Shown: positions 1-10,009, counted from the first letter of the stretch. The stretch: 64,000 bases of DNA from Candidatus Lustribacter sp. (GCA_965277805.1 OZ255842.1:1088001-1152000); one strand, 5' to 3'. The notes: a model not told the origin generated them from the sequence alone. Translations and numbers: made by a program.

Positions 1-959
1 GCATCCTCACGCAGCCGGGTCAGCTCTTTGTGTACCGCCTCCTGCTGGAGCCACGCGAGCAAGACGATCAGGATGATCAGCGTCGCGCCGGCCGCGGTGC
101 CGACCGTCACGCGCGCGACGCCCGCCGTTTGTTGGAGGATATCGGCGTAGGCAAGACCGGCCACGGCGACGATCGGATATCCCGGAACGGCGTGGTAACC
201 GAAGACGCGGTTGACGCCGTCGAGCGAGGTTTTCTGCCAGTAATAGCCGTGCGGAGCCGCGGCCAGCGCGGGCCAGAACGGCGAGTTTGCGGCGAGCTTC
301 CGGCCGACGAGCGCTTGCGAGCGGATCGCCGAAACGCGTGACCGGACGATGCCGTCGTGCTGGCCGATGAAGTCCATCACGCCGTGCGGTCCGAAGTCGC
401 TCGCGGTGTAGCCGTAGCTGAACGCCATGACGTTGATGACCGAGGTGATGGTGCCGACCACCGTGCCGTTCGGCCGCCGCACCGCCCGCGCGAACGGAAT
501 CGAGTACTGCTTCGTCACGCGCGCAACGAGCGGGGTGCCGATGATCAGCGATCGGGAGCGCACGGCGGCTTTGACGTAGGCCCGATCCCCGATCGAGATC
601 GGGGAAATGCCTTTGACCCCGACGGCAAAGCCGTTACCCGAAGCGTCGATGACCGCTATGTTGCCGGAAAGCCCGCGGTAGAGCTGCTCCTGTGCGATAA
701 GCGCTGCCGTAGTCCGCACCCCGTTCTTGAGGTCGTAGGCCCCCAAGAACCGGAGCATGTTGTCGACGAGGTTGATGGTCGAGGAACCGTCGCCTTCGTA
801 CGAGGTGGCAAGCTGCGTCGCCCGTGAGATGGCATCGGTGTTGGCGCGCTGGTTGAGGGCCGCGATCTGGGCCGCACAGCCAAGCCAGGTCGCGACGATC
901 AGGAGGGCCGCGACGACGACGGGTCCCCAAAAGCCGCTGGAACGGAAGCGATGTGTCAC
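1..959 (-). CDS. Membrane-bound dCache-type sensor protein (histidine kinase or diguanylate cyclase); output domain runs off the left edge
   Basis: Not in the ORF track; translated by hand from GTG at 959: THRFRSSGFWGPVVVAALLIVATWLGC (TM1), periplasmic region with DRAYV...IIGTPLVARVTKQYSIPFARAVRRPNG and SLDGVNRVFGYHAVPGYPIVAVAG (Cache-like), TM2 ATLIILIVLLAWL; frame open to position 1. Confidence 0.75.
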   Translation of the reverse strand, partial: MTHRFRSSGFWGPVVVAALLIVATWLGCAAQIAALNQRANTDAISRATQLATSYEGDGSSTINLVDNMLRFLGAYDLKNGVRTTAALIAQEQLYRGLSGNIAVIDASGNGFAVGVKGISPISIGDRAYVKAAVRSRSLIIGTPLVARVTKQYSIPFARAVRRPNGTVVGTITSVINVMAFSYGYTASDFGPHGVMDFIGQHDGIVRSRVSAIRSQALVGRKLAANSPFWPALAAAPHGYYWQKTSLDGVNRVFGYHAVPGYPIVAVAGLAYADILQQTAGVARVTVGTAAGATLIILIVLLAWLQQEAVHKELTRLRED

Positions 960-1040
960 GCCCTGAAGCGATTAGCCGTCTGCGTGCTACCGCCTTGAGC
1001 GGCCCCGCTTGGGGGTGCGTTCCCCGGGTACCATGCCCGC

Positions 1041-1232
1041 ATGACGAACGAGAAGAAAGACCACCTCTCGCCGGGCGAAGCCAGCCGCGAAGGCCTGCGT
1101 GAACTTGAGGAAGGCCATCCTCACCACGACACGACCGCGCACACTCCGGCGAAGCACCCGAGCGGCCCGAAGTTCGATGAAACGCCAGGCGAGGCTCACC
1201 GCGCCGGCCAGCTCCCGTACGAGAAGAAGTAG
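1041..1232 (+). CDS. Small hydrophilic hypothetical protein (63 aa)
   Basis: ATG start, host-like codon usage, fills the gap between larger genes; no recognised domain. Confidence 0.5.
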   Translation: MTNEKKDHLSPGEASREGLRELEEGHPHHDTTAHTPAKHPSGPKFDETPGEAHRAGQLPYEKK

Positions 1233-1278
1233 GCGGGCGCAAATGTCGCGCCGTATGCGCCCGGAACCGTCGTGCCGA

Positions 1279-2205
1279 TCACATTGGCGGCTCCCACGCG
1301 TTTGGCCATTCGACCGCGCGGGCCGCTTCGTACAGTTGCAAAACCCCGCATGCCGGAATCGGCGCCGACCCGTGCATAAAGTCCGGCCTCTTAATTAACC
1401 GTCGAAGGTTAAGACTCTCGAGCCGCTCGATGAAACGACGATCGGGAAGCCGGTCAGATTTTCCGAGATTACAACCGCCACACGCAAGTACTAGATCCCA
1501 GGCTGGATCGTCCAGGAGAAAGCTCCACGGGATCACGTGATCGATATGCACCGCTCCGACGGTGTAGATTAGATCCGCTCCACAGTAGAAGCATGACGGT
1601 CGATCCGTCTCTGCTACGTGTTTATAGAACCACTGAAGAGACTTGCGTTTTATCCCGCGTGCCTCGACCTTCTCAATAATAACCGGCGCCAGCAAATTCA
1701 CTTTCTCGAGGTACCGCGCCCACCAATGATTAGCAATAACCTCGAGCACCATGGCATTCGACCTTACGAACTCAACGGCAGCGGGCGTAAAAGCGATAGA
1801 GTCGCCACCGTCCCAAGTGTAGATCGGAGCGGATCCAGAAGGTAATCCGACGTGGAAGAGTTTCAATACGTTGATGCGCAACGTTTGCGCGATTGATGCA
1901 ATGAGGCGGGCGCGGGCATCGGCAGGAAGTTCAATTAATTTTCTGCAGTTGGTCTCTGTCGCCGCTGTCCTCAGGGCCCGCAAGACCTTAGGTTCCTTCG
2001 ACAGAGACGCAGCCTGGCGGAGATGAAACACAACCGTCTGAGTCCAGTATAGCAGTGCAAATTGCTCCGCAACGTCGACGAGGTCGAGCTTTTCGCGACC
2101 GCCTTCGCTTTGCAGGCGAATGATGGCTTTAAAGAGCGCAGGTTTGTACGTCGTCGACATAGCCGCGTCGCGAGCAAGAACGACGATATCTCTGACGTCG
2201 TACAT
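1279..2205 (-). CDS. HNH endonuclease with N-terminal helical domain (putative modification-dependent restriction enzyme)
   Basis: CFYC...HIDHVIPWS...WDLVLACGGCNLGKSD zinc-HNH motif; N-terminal STTYKPALFKAI motif; start may instead be GTG at 2262. Confidence 0.8.
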   Translation of the reverse strand: MYDVRDIVVLARDAAMSTTYKPALFKAIIRLQSEGGREKLDLVDVAEQFALLYWTQTVVFHLRQAASLSKEPKVLRALRTAATETNCRKLIELPADARARLIASIAQTLRINVLKLFHVGLPSGSAPIYTWDGGDSIAFTPAAVEFVRSNAMVLEVIANHWWARYLEKVNLLAPVIIEKVEARGIKRKSLQWFYKHVAETDRPSCFYCGADLIYTVGAVHIDHVIPWSFLLDDPAWDLVLACGGCNLGKSDRLPDRRFIERLESLNLRRLIKRPDFMHGSAPIPACGVLQLYEAARAVEWPNAWEPPM

Positions 2206-2251
2206 ATTCACGCTGGGAAAAATATGGCTAGCATCGGTGCCGCGACGATGC

Positions 2252-4030
2252 CTACCCTGCACAGGGAAAGGAATTTCCGAATTCTCTTGCCTTAGAGGTC
2301 AGGGCAGCTCCTTGCTGATTATATGAAGTCTCGGTTTCTGCCAAATTATTCAGCTGAGCTTTCACCGAATTGATTTGCGCTGCGGCGCGGTTTTCCAAAG
2401 AGAGGGAGCTATCTGCGCCTCTGGATCCGGCGTACTGCTGGTCGTAACGTGACGCCAATGTTGCATAGGCTGCTAGATCCCGTTCAATTGACAAAATGTC
2501 AGGCTTGACCGCTTGCGCGAGGTAACTAACTTGGCTATTTACATATTTGATTTCGCTTAACTCGTATGCGACTTCCGTGGCAATATACTGAACCTGTGAT
2601 TTTTGAAAACAAGTCATGGGAGAAACAGCGGCTGCCTGCTGCTCCTTCTCCCAGTATTGAAGCATCTTGGATGCTGCGGACTCGTAATTGGAACTAACCT
2701 TTGCTGGACCTGAAGCAGAATTCATTGTGTTCTTCAAACTATCAAGCTCTTGGTCTATCGAGCGGGATGTGTTTGCCAGCTCAGCGGTCGCTTCGCCGTC
2801 GGCGACATGTGGGATCTGTGGCCTTGGGTCAACAGGTTGTGGGCGCTGTGGTTCGCGTTGCGCTTCAGGAGTAACCTCGCGGTCCTGTGGTTGCAGTTTT
2901 TTCGTTGCCGCGTCTGCTAAAGTTTGGCTTGCTGGTTCGACGACAAAATGGCCATCGTCGAGATACCACTGACCGTCCGATCCTCGAATTCCTCTCCAGC
3001 TCCCGATAAAGCGGCGAACGATCCGACCGGTTGGGACGCGATCTGTGGCCAGCAGTGAGACATTTACTGCGGCGTCCCCTGTAGACCTGAGCTGGACGTC
3101 CACACTCTCGGTCGTATCGTAGCCCGCTTTCCAGGCCGTATATGTACTACCGTGACGAAACGAAGGCGATAACATCGCATATGCCCTTTTGAAATCACGC
3201 GCGTTGAGCTTCGAGTAAAAGTCCAAAACGCGGTCGTCGAACCGAGGCGCGGCATTGGTATTGGCCCGTGAGATAGGCCCGGAGTCGTTCGGACGCTCGT
3301 AAACACTTTGTGTTACGGCGCGCTCTAAGTCAGGTAATGTTGCAACCGGCGCGTCATTGGTAGCAAATACTAGGAGCGCAAAAACAACTAACCCACCCTG
3401 AATTATACGAGCACGCCCCCGCGGAACCCAATCGCCCAATGCCAGTCCGCTCGCCTGCGGTTTCTCGAGGCTTCGAAGCATGTCCGAATAGCCTCGACCG
3501 TCAACCAAATGTACAGCGGTCTTTGCTGCTAGAGCTAAGGCCGACGGCGTGAAAGTCCCCGTGGTTACGACGACTGCATGTGAGCAGTTGTAAAATCCCT
3601 TACCAGCAAGAGCCTGCTGGACGGCGTCGTTGCCAACGACACCGATGTAGCGTTTGCATTGAATCCCTAATCGCTGCACACTGGACGTGGCGATCACATC
3701 TACGCCTTGATCACCAGTTTTCGGCGTCAGGATCACGTTATAGCCTTGTCGCTCATACGTGTGTGCAACATGTCGCTCGAAGTCGTGCGGAGAAATTGTT
3801 GTCAATGTCGCAATGTCTGCAGTACGCCGGAAATGGTTGGATTGCCGCTGCGCTTCGCGGCGGCCATAAAAAATAGCCAAAGCAAGAAAACTGAGGCCAA
3901 TCACTGGGGCGAATGTCTTCACTACTACCAGAATCGCGAAACAGCTGCCGGCGATGAGCAGCAATAGTCGAATCGCCGCCCGAGAGCGTTTTTGTGAACC
4001 AAATCGGCGATCGCGAAGGGGTCGAAACAT
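2252..4030 (-). CDS. Membrane-anchored Mrr-family restriction endonuclease with large C-terminal extracytoplasmic region
   Basis: Mrr_cat motifs DFERHVA...GDQGVDVIA...GIQCKRY...VGNDAVQ...VVVTTGTFT; two N-terminal hydrophobic helices and a third after the nuclease; GAGG RBS before ATG 4030. Confidence 0.8.
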   Translation of the reverse strand: MFRPLRDRRFGSQKRSRAAIRLLLLIAGSCFAILVVVKTFAPVIGLSFLALAIFYGRREAQRQSNHFRRTADIATLTTISPHDFERHVAHTYERQGYNVILTPKTGDQGVDVIATSSVQRLGIQCKRYIGVVGNDAVQQALAGKGFYNCSHAVVVTTGTFTPSALALAAKTAVHLVDGRGYSDMLRSLEKPQASGLALGDWVPRGRARIIQGGLVVFALLVFATNDAPVATLPDLERAVTQSVYERPNDSGPISRANTNAAPRFDDRVLDFYSKLNARDFKRAYAMLSPSFRHGSTYTAWKAGYDTTESVDVQLRSTGDAAVNVSLLATDRVPTGRIVRRFIGSWRGIRGSDGQWYLDDGHFVVEPASQTLADAATKKLQPQDREVTPEAQREPQRPQPVDPRPQIPHVADGEATAELANTSRSIDQELDSLKNTMNSASGPAKVSSNYESAASKMLQYWEKEQQAAAVSPMTCFQKSQVQYIATEVAYELSEIKYVNSQVSYLAQAVKPDILSIERDLAAYATLASRYDQQYAGSRGADSSLSLENRAAAQINSVKAQLNNLAETETSYNQQGAALTSKAREFGNSFPCAG

Positions 4031-4168
4031 GGCCAAGCCTCTCTTAGGGGTCTGGGATGGTTCCGCGCCGAGCGAACGCTTGCTTCTATTCCGAGCCGAG
4101 GTATCTTCGACGACAACGTGATCCTCGTTTAAGGGACAATAACAGGGGCCGGGGGCTAGCTTGAACTA

Positions 4169-5962
4169 GTGTGTTACATGATCGGAACCGCGGGTGGGGT
4201 GACAGAAACGATAGGGGATGCCGAATCCAAAGACGTTCGTCTTTTTTTTGCGCCGGCATCCGGAACTGCGGCTCAAGAGCATGTGCGACTTTCCCTCAGT
4301 CGGCCAATTGCGGGTACGATAGCGTCCCGATTCTCCGATGCCCTAGTGGCCGCATCGAACGATGGTCTCTACTATGCCTGGGGTGCACGTCCAGGCGCTC
4401 GCAACGATAATACGTGGCTGCGAATGCGTCCTGGAGACTACGTGGTCTTTTATGTTGCAGGCCTATACGCATATATCGCACGAGTGAAGCTGACTATTCG
4501 AGACGCGGAGATTGCCAAGCAAATTTGGGGCGTTGATGACGGTGGAGGCAGCTGGGAACTAGTGTACTTTCTCGAGCCTCCGCAGAGAATAGATATTCCA
4601 CTTGAGTCCCTCGCGGACGCGCTGCAGGCGTCACCGTATCAAGGCTTTGTAGAGCTTCCCGAAGCACGGTCCTTAAAGATTTCGTCGGAATATGGTTCTA
4701 TTGACGACTTCATTGCCGCGCGATTTCTTAGCAATAGAGATACACTCACCAATTTCGTACTGCTTCGCAGCAATTCGGATTCACCATGGCAAGATGACGC
4801 GGGAATCTATCACTATGGTCGGACGGTGCCGAATTACAAAAAATTACGAATAGGGACGGGAGCGGTATTCGAGCGAAAAATGCCCTCAGGCACGCATCTT
4901 TTCGGGCATGGGCGCCTCGATCAAATTGCGGAACGTGAAGACGGCACTTTCGATGCGAAGTTTAGTTTTCAAGCCCTTCCCGAACGGTCGCTAACAGACC
5001 AAGAGCTCTCTTTGCTGAGAGCACAACCCGGTTATAACGTTCAACATGCGATTCGGACAATCACCTCCGAGCTCTTCGATAGTCTTACCGGAAGCAAGAC
5101 GGGCGGGATATCGGCGATTATCGAAGACGATCCGCCGGAAGCTATCGCAGAGAAGCTCTCATGGTCTGTTGAACGCGCGCGAAGGCTACTTGATCTCGCT
5201 CGAAGATCTAACGCGCTAATCTTTTCCGGGCCTCCCGGCACAGGGAAAACCTTCGTTGCTCGTACTCTTGCCGAGGCTTTAACCTCCGACCCATCCCAGC
5301 GTCGCCTAGTTCAGTTCCATCCCGCCTACCAATATGAGGACTTTATCGAGGGCATTCGGCCACGCCTCGATGGGACGGGTTTGGCATATGAAATGCACCG
5401 AGGCGTACTATTAAATATGGCCACGCGCGCTGACGCAGAGCCGAAGGTTCGGTTCGTGATCGTAATCGATGAGCTAAATCGCGGAAATGTGCCGCGCATA
5501 TTCGGTGAGTTAATCTACGCAATAGAATATCGCGGCAAGGAAAATGCGATTATTCTGTCCTCGGGCGAAGAGTTTTACCTTCCGCCGAATCTACTTATTA
5601 TTGCTACTTTGAATACGGCCGACCAAAGTATTGTTGGCCTCGATGCAGCGCTTAGGCGCCGCTTTAATGAGCAAAGCTTCGGTCCCGATTATGAAGCGCT
5701 GACCCTATATCTTACCAAGGCGTATACAGAGGATCTGGCCAGCCAAATAGTGGAACGCCTCCGCGCATTAAATGAGGAAGTGATCTCGATAACAGGTGAG
5801 CCAGGCAAAGCTATCGGCCATTCATACTTCATGCGCAGGACGCTTGACGAGAATTCACTGCCATTGATTTGGTCCGAACAACTGAGGCCATTGCTCACCG
5901 ACTATCTATATGAGCGCCCAGATGAGGTCGCACGTTTAGAGAAAATTTTTATCGAGCAGTGA
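4169..5962 (+). CDS. mcrB: McrB-family AAA+ GTPase with N-terminal PUA/EVE-like reader domain(s)
   Basis: Walker A GPPGTGKT, VQFHPAYQYEDFIEG, Walker B IDELNRGN, NTAD signature, DAALRRRF, IGHSYF; exact start uncertain. Confidence 0.92.
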   Translation: MCYMIGTAGGVTETIGDAESKDVRLFFAPASGTAAQEHVRLSLSRPIAGTIASRFSDALVAASNDGLYYAWGARPGARNDNTWLRMRPGDYVVFYVAGLYAYIARVKLTIRDAEIAKQIWGVDDGGGSWELVYFLEPPQRIDIPLESLADALQASPYQGFVELPEARSLKISSEYGSIDDFIAARFLSNRDTLTNFVLLRSNSDSPWQDDAGIYHYGRTVPNYKKLRIGTGAVFERKMPSGTHLFGHGRLDQIAEREDGTFDAKFSFQALPERSLTDQELSLLRAQPGYNVQHAIRTITSELFDSLTGSKTGGISAIIEDDPPEAIAEKLSWSVERARRLLDLARRSNALIFSGPPGTGKTFVARTLAEALTSDPSQRRLVQFHPAYQYEDFIEGIRPRLDGTGLAYEMHRGVLLNMATRADAEPKVRFVIVIDELNRGNVPRIFGELIYAIEYRGKENAIILSSGEEFYLPPNLLIIATLNTADQSIVGLDAALRRRFNEQSFGPDYEALTLYLTKAYTEDLASQIVERLRALNEEVISITGEPGKAIGHSYFMRRTLDENSLPLIWSEQLRPLLTDYLYERPDEVARLEKIFIEQ

Positions 5963-7182
5963 CGACGATAACATTCGAAGAGTGGGCACGTGCAAGAGTC
6001 TTAGCGCTAGACTCTAAGGAGGCGTCTACTTTAGCAAGGCACAGCGATGCTATACGCTGCGAGGGCGTAGGGCTCAACAGATTTCGGGTCGGCCCAATGC
6101 CCGGTTTCGTCGGGTCCATCGCACTATCAAGAGACACCTTGCTTCTGGTTAAGCCGAGGCTCGCGATTGACTCTTTTGCGGCTCTCCTAAGCTTAGCTTA
6201 CGATGAAGCCCCGATACCGGTTCGACCGGGAAACACTTCTCTTGCGAGTGGCGATCTTAGTAGCTGGTGTATCTCACAAATTGTGGCCGAAGGTCAACGG
6301 CTCTTCCGCCATCACCTGCGACCGGGATACGTCGCTCTGGATGAAAAGCGAACATCGCCCCGTGGACGACTCGTTTTCAACGGAGATAGCCCCGACTTCG
6401 CTGGTAGGATCCGTTGCGTGGCCGATGAATTTAATTATGACACGGCGCTGAATAGATTCATTAAGGCTGGCCTCGTTCACGTGCGGGACCTGGCAATCGC
6501 CATGCCATGGAGAGCCCCTCTTTCTAAGTTGGTTAAGGCTCTGGACGAAGTTCAGTCCGTTCCGGCCTCGACGATGCCTCGGCGACACTTAGGTGGTGCC
6601 TTGCTACAGCAGTATCGGTCACTAGCCACGCTTCTAAATCTCGCGATCGAGAATGAGGGTTCGGAGTTTGCTGCCGGCGACGTAGGCGTATCGGCGTTTT
6701 TTTTCCGTTTACACGATCTTTTCGAACGTGCCGTATACGCAGCGTTTCGGCGACTCGGCACACATATTTCCGTGAAGGCTCAACCCCAAGACCGTTACAG
6801 CGCCGTTCATATTCGAGGTACCCCGAACCTCGGCATAACCTTCCGACCGGATCTTGCAATTGGTCGACCGACTATCGCGGTAAAGGGAGGTGGCGGTAAA
6901 TGGATCTTAGTTGTTGATGCCAAGTACAGGCCGCCTGTTCAGAAAGCCCGCTTCCGCACATCGTTCAGAAACGACAATATTTATCAAATAATGGCATACT
7001 GCCGTGCCTTTGACGCACCAGGGCTGTTGCTCTACCCACAAGTCGACGATTCGATTGACGTCTCGTACCGCGTAAGCGATGCGCGATTCAATATTCGAAC
7101 GGTTGATCTTCGCAGTTCTAACCTTAGTGAAGAATTTAAGCGCCAAGCTGAGTCAGCTCTGGAATTTGCGCTCGAGCAGTGA
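5959..7182 (+). CDS. mcrC: McrC-family PD-(D/E)xK nuclease subunit
   Basis: GTGA overlap with mcrB; LFERAV, RPDL...VVDAKY, NIYQIMAY, LLLYP motifs. Confidence 0.9.
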   Translation: MTTITFEEWARARVLALDSKEASTLARHSDAIRCEGVGLNRFRVGPMPGFVGSIALSRDTLLLVKPRLAIDSFAALLSLAYDEAPIPVRPGNTSLASGDLSSWCISQIVAEGQRLFRHHLRPGYVALDEKRTSPRGRLVFNGDSPDFAGRIRCVADEFNYDTALNRFIKAGLVHVRDLAIAMPWRAPLSKLVKALDEVQSVPASTMPRRHLGGALLQQYRSLATLLNLAIENEGSEFAAGDVGVSAFFFRLHDLFERAVYAAFRRLGTHISVKAQPQDRYSAVHIRGTPNLGITFRPDLAIGRPTIAVKGGGGKWILVVDAKYRPPVQKARFRTSFRNDNIYQIMAYCRAFDAPGLLLYPQVDDSIDVSYRVSDARFNIRTVDLRSSNLSEEFKRQAESALEFALEQ

Positions 7183-7316
7183 GGTCTTTTGCTGGAGGTG
7201 TGGCCAGGAGCGCTTTCTGGGCGCGGCGGATCGATTGTCATAAAGCCTCTGTCGATTATGTAAACGTCTGATGATTCGCTAAACGGAAGTATTTTCGGCA
7301 GAGCGAAGAGTGTGCG

Positions 7317-8246
7317 ATGAATCGCGCCCATTTCGTAGCGGGCCTCGCCGGGAGCGCTGCGCTAGCCGTCGCGTGGCCGCTTCGTGCCCAAACCACGATG
7401 ACCGTAACCGTCGGCACACTGCCCTCAAGCGCCGAGATCTGGTATGGCATCGACAATGGCTTCTTCGTGCGACATGGCCTCGACGTGCAGTACCAGATGC
7501 AGAACAGCGGGGCCGCGGGTGCGGCCGCGATGCTCGGCGGCTCGATCGACATCAGCGAATCCGATACGGTGACCATCATCAAGGCTCACGATCACGGCAT
7601 CCCATTCGTGTCCCTCGCCCCAGGGCTGGTCGATTCAGTGAAAGCGCCGACGGTCGCGATCGTGGTGAAAGATCCGACCCTGCGCACGGGTAAGGACTTC
7701 AACGGCAAAACGTTCTCCACCAACTCGCTGCAGAATCTTGGCACGCTTCTCGCCGACGCGTGGATCGACAACAACGGCGGCACATCGAGCACGGTGAAGT
7801 GGGTCGAGCTGCCGTTCCCCGCGCTCTCGCCCGCCTTGCAGCGCGGCACCATCGACGCCTATATCGCGCCGGAACCGTTCGTCACGACCGGCCTGCGAGA
7901 CGGCGGTCACGCGGTCGTGATGGACAGCAAGCCGCTGGCGCCGGCCGTTCTGCAGGGCGCGCTGATCGCCACGCGCGACTGGGTGGCTAGCCATCGCGAT
8001 GCGGCGCGCGCTTTCCGTGCCGGCGTCCTCGACGCAAACGATTGGGCCAACAAAAACCCCGCCGCGGCCGCCGCGATTCTCGCGAAATATAGCAAGATGC
8101 CGGTCGCCGCGATCATGGGGGCCACGTTCCGCGGCGAGTTCGCCCTGCGTCTCGACCCCGCGATGATTCAGCCGCTCATCGACGGTTCGCTCAAGTACGG
8201 GCTCATTTCCAAGTCGTTCCGCGCCCAAGAGATCATCGCCGACTGA
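7317..8246 (+). CDS. ABC transporter substrate-binding protein, SsuA/THI5/NMT1-like
   Basis: Tat-like leader MNRAHFVAGLAG; G-F-x3-GLDV and VELPFPALSPALQRGTIDA..APEPF motifs. Confidence 0.85.
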   Translation: MNRAHFVAGLAGSAALAVAWPLRAQTTMTVTVGTLPSSAEIWYGIDNGFFVRHGLDVQYQMQNSGAAGAAAMLGGSIDISESDTVTIIKAHDHGIPFVSLAPGLVDSVKAPTVAIVVKDPTLRTGKDFNGKTFSTNSLQNLGTLLADAWIDNNGGTSSTVKWVELPFPALSPALQRGTIDAYIAPEPFVTTGLRDGGHAVVMDSKPLAPAVLQGALIATRDWVASHRDAARAFRAGVLDANDWANKNPAAAAAILAKYSKMPVAAIMGATFRGEFALRLDPAMIQPLIDGSLKYGLISKSFRAQEIIAD

Positions 8247-9080
8247 GCCGCATCGAAGGCGCGCCACTCGCCGAGATTCGGGAGGCGTCCGCACCGCCGG
8301 CAATCGCGGAACTCTACGCCGACATTCGGACCGTCTTGGGCGTGCCGATGGTCAACCTGATCTACCGGCACATCGCGACAATCCCCAATGGGCTCGACTG
8401 GGCATGGGGCGCTCTGCGCTCGCACATCGTCTCGGGGGAGCTCGAACCACTGGTCGACGCACTGCTGCGTGATACAGCGGTCGTACCGTGGCCGGGAACT
8501 TCCCCAGTCGCGCGTTTGACAGCGGCGAGAGGTGCCGAAATCGCCAAGGTGGTCGACTGGTATAATCGCAGTAATGCGATCAACCTGATAACCCTACTCG
8601 CACTGAAGAACGCGGCTGTCGCGGTCAGCCAAGACGATGTGCCGCTCGTGCCGGCGGGAACCGCGCTCACGGAGACGCTGCCGGCACCGCTGCCACTCGC
8701 GAGCATCGATGCTGCGTTGCGGGAACGCATTCAGGAAACGGCGCAGCGCCAAGGTCTCTTCGGGACGGGCATCACGCCAACGATGTATCTGCACCTCGCG
8801 CACTGGCCGGATGTATTAGCGGAGGTGCTTGATTACGTCGATAGCGCAATCGCCGCCGGTTGCCTCGAGGGGAGCGTGAGGCAGCTATTGGGAGCCGTCT
8901 CCGCGCCGGCGAGCGCACTGGCATCCACGCTCACCTCTCGGGCACCGGCGCCGGGGGAGGCTGATCGCCTTCGCATCAACGCCGCCCTCGAGTAGTTCAC
9001 GACGGTGACTATTCCGCAAATGCTTGCCGTCGGGGTGCATGTGCGGAGTTGTGGCGGTCCGTCGACAAGCTCGGAATGAC
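8243..9080 (+). pseudogene. DehI-like two-repeat helical protein, probably interrupted by an in-frame TAG at 8993-8995
   Basis: Frame is open upstream of 8336 to a CTG overlapping the previous TGA (LAEIREASAPPAIAELYADIRTVLGVPMVNLIYRHIA...WAW); after the TAG it continues FTTVTIPQMLAVG to TGA at 9078-9080; family assignment is from recalled motif resemblance. Confidence 0.5.
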
Positions 9081-9082
9081 AC
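9051..9082 (+). repeat. REP-like hairpin repeat, copy 1
   Basis: GTGGCGGTCCGTCGACAAGCTCGGAATGACAC; matches four other copies in the window. Confidence 0.8.
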
Positions 9083-9102
9083 GTGCCCCGTCCGTTGCTG
9101 GA

Positions 9103-10002
9103 TTACGATGTTGGCCGCGCTGCGGCGGTTTGGGGGTAGCGGGATTTGAAGTCGTTGGCTATTTCCTCGAAGGTGGCGAAATGGACGCCGGGTTGTTGGT
9201 ACATGTGGGCGTAGAGGCGTTCGTGCATGGCTAGGACGTTGGGGCGTCCCGAGACGTCGGGGTGGATCGTGAAGGTGACGACGGCGTAGTCGTATTCGCG
9301 GTAGACCCAATCGAATTGGTCGCGCCACATGATTTCGATGTCGCGCGGGTTGACGAAGCCGTGGCTGTTTGGGGCGGCTTTGATGAACATCATCGGCGGG
9401 AGGTCATCGAGATACCACGAGGGTGGGATCTCGACGATGCTCGTTTCCTCGCCGAGTTTCATCGGGTTCATCCACGTGTCGGCCGGCGCGGTGTAGTCGA
9501 TCTTCGTCCAGCTCTCACCCGCCCGCGCATAGAAGGGATGGAAGTCGTTGTGCATGAGGCTGTGGTCGTAGAGGAGTCCTTTGCGCGTCAGCAGATCGAG
9601 CGTCTTCGAGCTGAACTCCCACCATGGCGCGACGTAGCCGCGCGGCGCCTTTCCGGAGAGGGATGTGACCAAGGCGATGCTCTTGTCGAGCACGGCTTCC
9701 TCTTGTTCGGCCGTCATCACCATCGGGTTCTCGTGCGAGTAGCCGTGCAGTCCGATCTCGTGGCCGCCGTCGACGACGGCTTGCATCTGCTGCGGAAACG
9801 TTTCGATCGAGTGTCCCGGGATAAACCAGCTCGTGCGAATGCCCCAGCGTGCGAAGAGGCGCAGCAGCCGCGGCGTGCCCACTTCCCCGGCGAACACACC
9901 ACGCGACATATCGCAGGGACTATCTTGGCCTCCGTACGTGCCGAGCCAGCCGGCGCAGGCGTCCACGTCGACCCCGTAAGCAACAAAAATTTCTTTGGCC
10001 AT
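9103..10002 (-). CDS. Polysaccharide deacetylase family (CE4; PuuE/HP0310-like) hydrolase
   Basis: [40 protein letters not shown] motifs. Confidence 0.9.
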   Translation of the reverse strand: MAKEIFVAYGVDVDACAGWLGTYGGQDSPCDMSRGVFAGEVGTPRLLRLFARWGIRTSWFIPGHSIETFPQQMQAVVDGGHEIGLHGYSHENPMVMTAEQEEAVLDKSIALVTSLSGKAPRGYVAPWWEFSSKTLDLLTRKGLLYDHSLMHNDFHPFYARAGESWTKIDYTAPADTWMNPMKLGEETSIVEIPPSWYLDDLPPMMFIKAAPNSHGFVNPRDIEIMWRDQFDWVYREYDYAVVTFTIHPDVSGRPNVLAMHERLYAHMYQQPGVHFATFEEIANDFKSRYPQTAAARPTS

Positions 10003-10009
10003 CGGATTC

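Larger units (their letters stand above)
1279..7250. mobile_element. Horizontally acquired anti-phage defence island
   Basis: Visibly more AT-rich than the flanks, with many A/T-ending codons; contains only restriction-type genes; no integrase or att sites seen. Confidence 0.6.

Noticed and set aside
1234-1263. Inverted repeat CGGGCGCA...TGCGCCCG as terminator or island end
   Set aside because: 14-nt loop, no U-tract, and no matching repeat found at the other island boundary.
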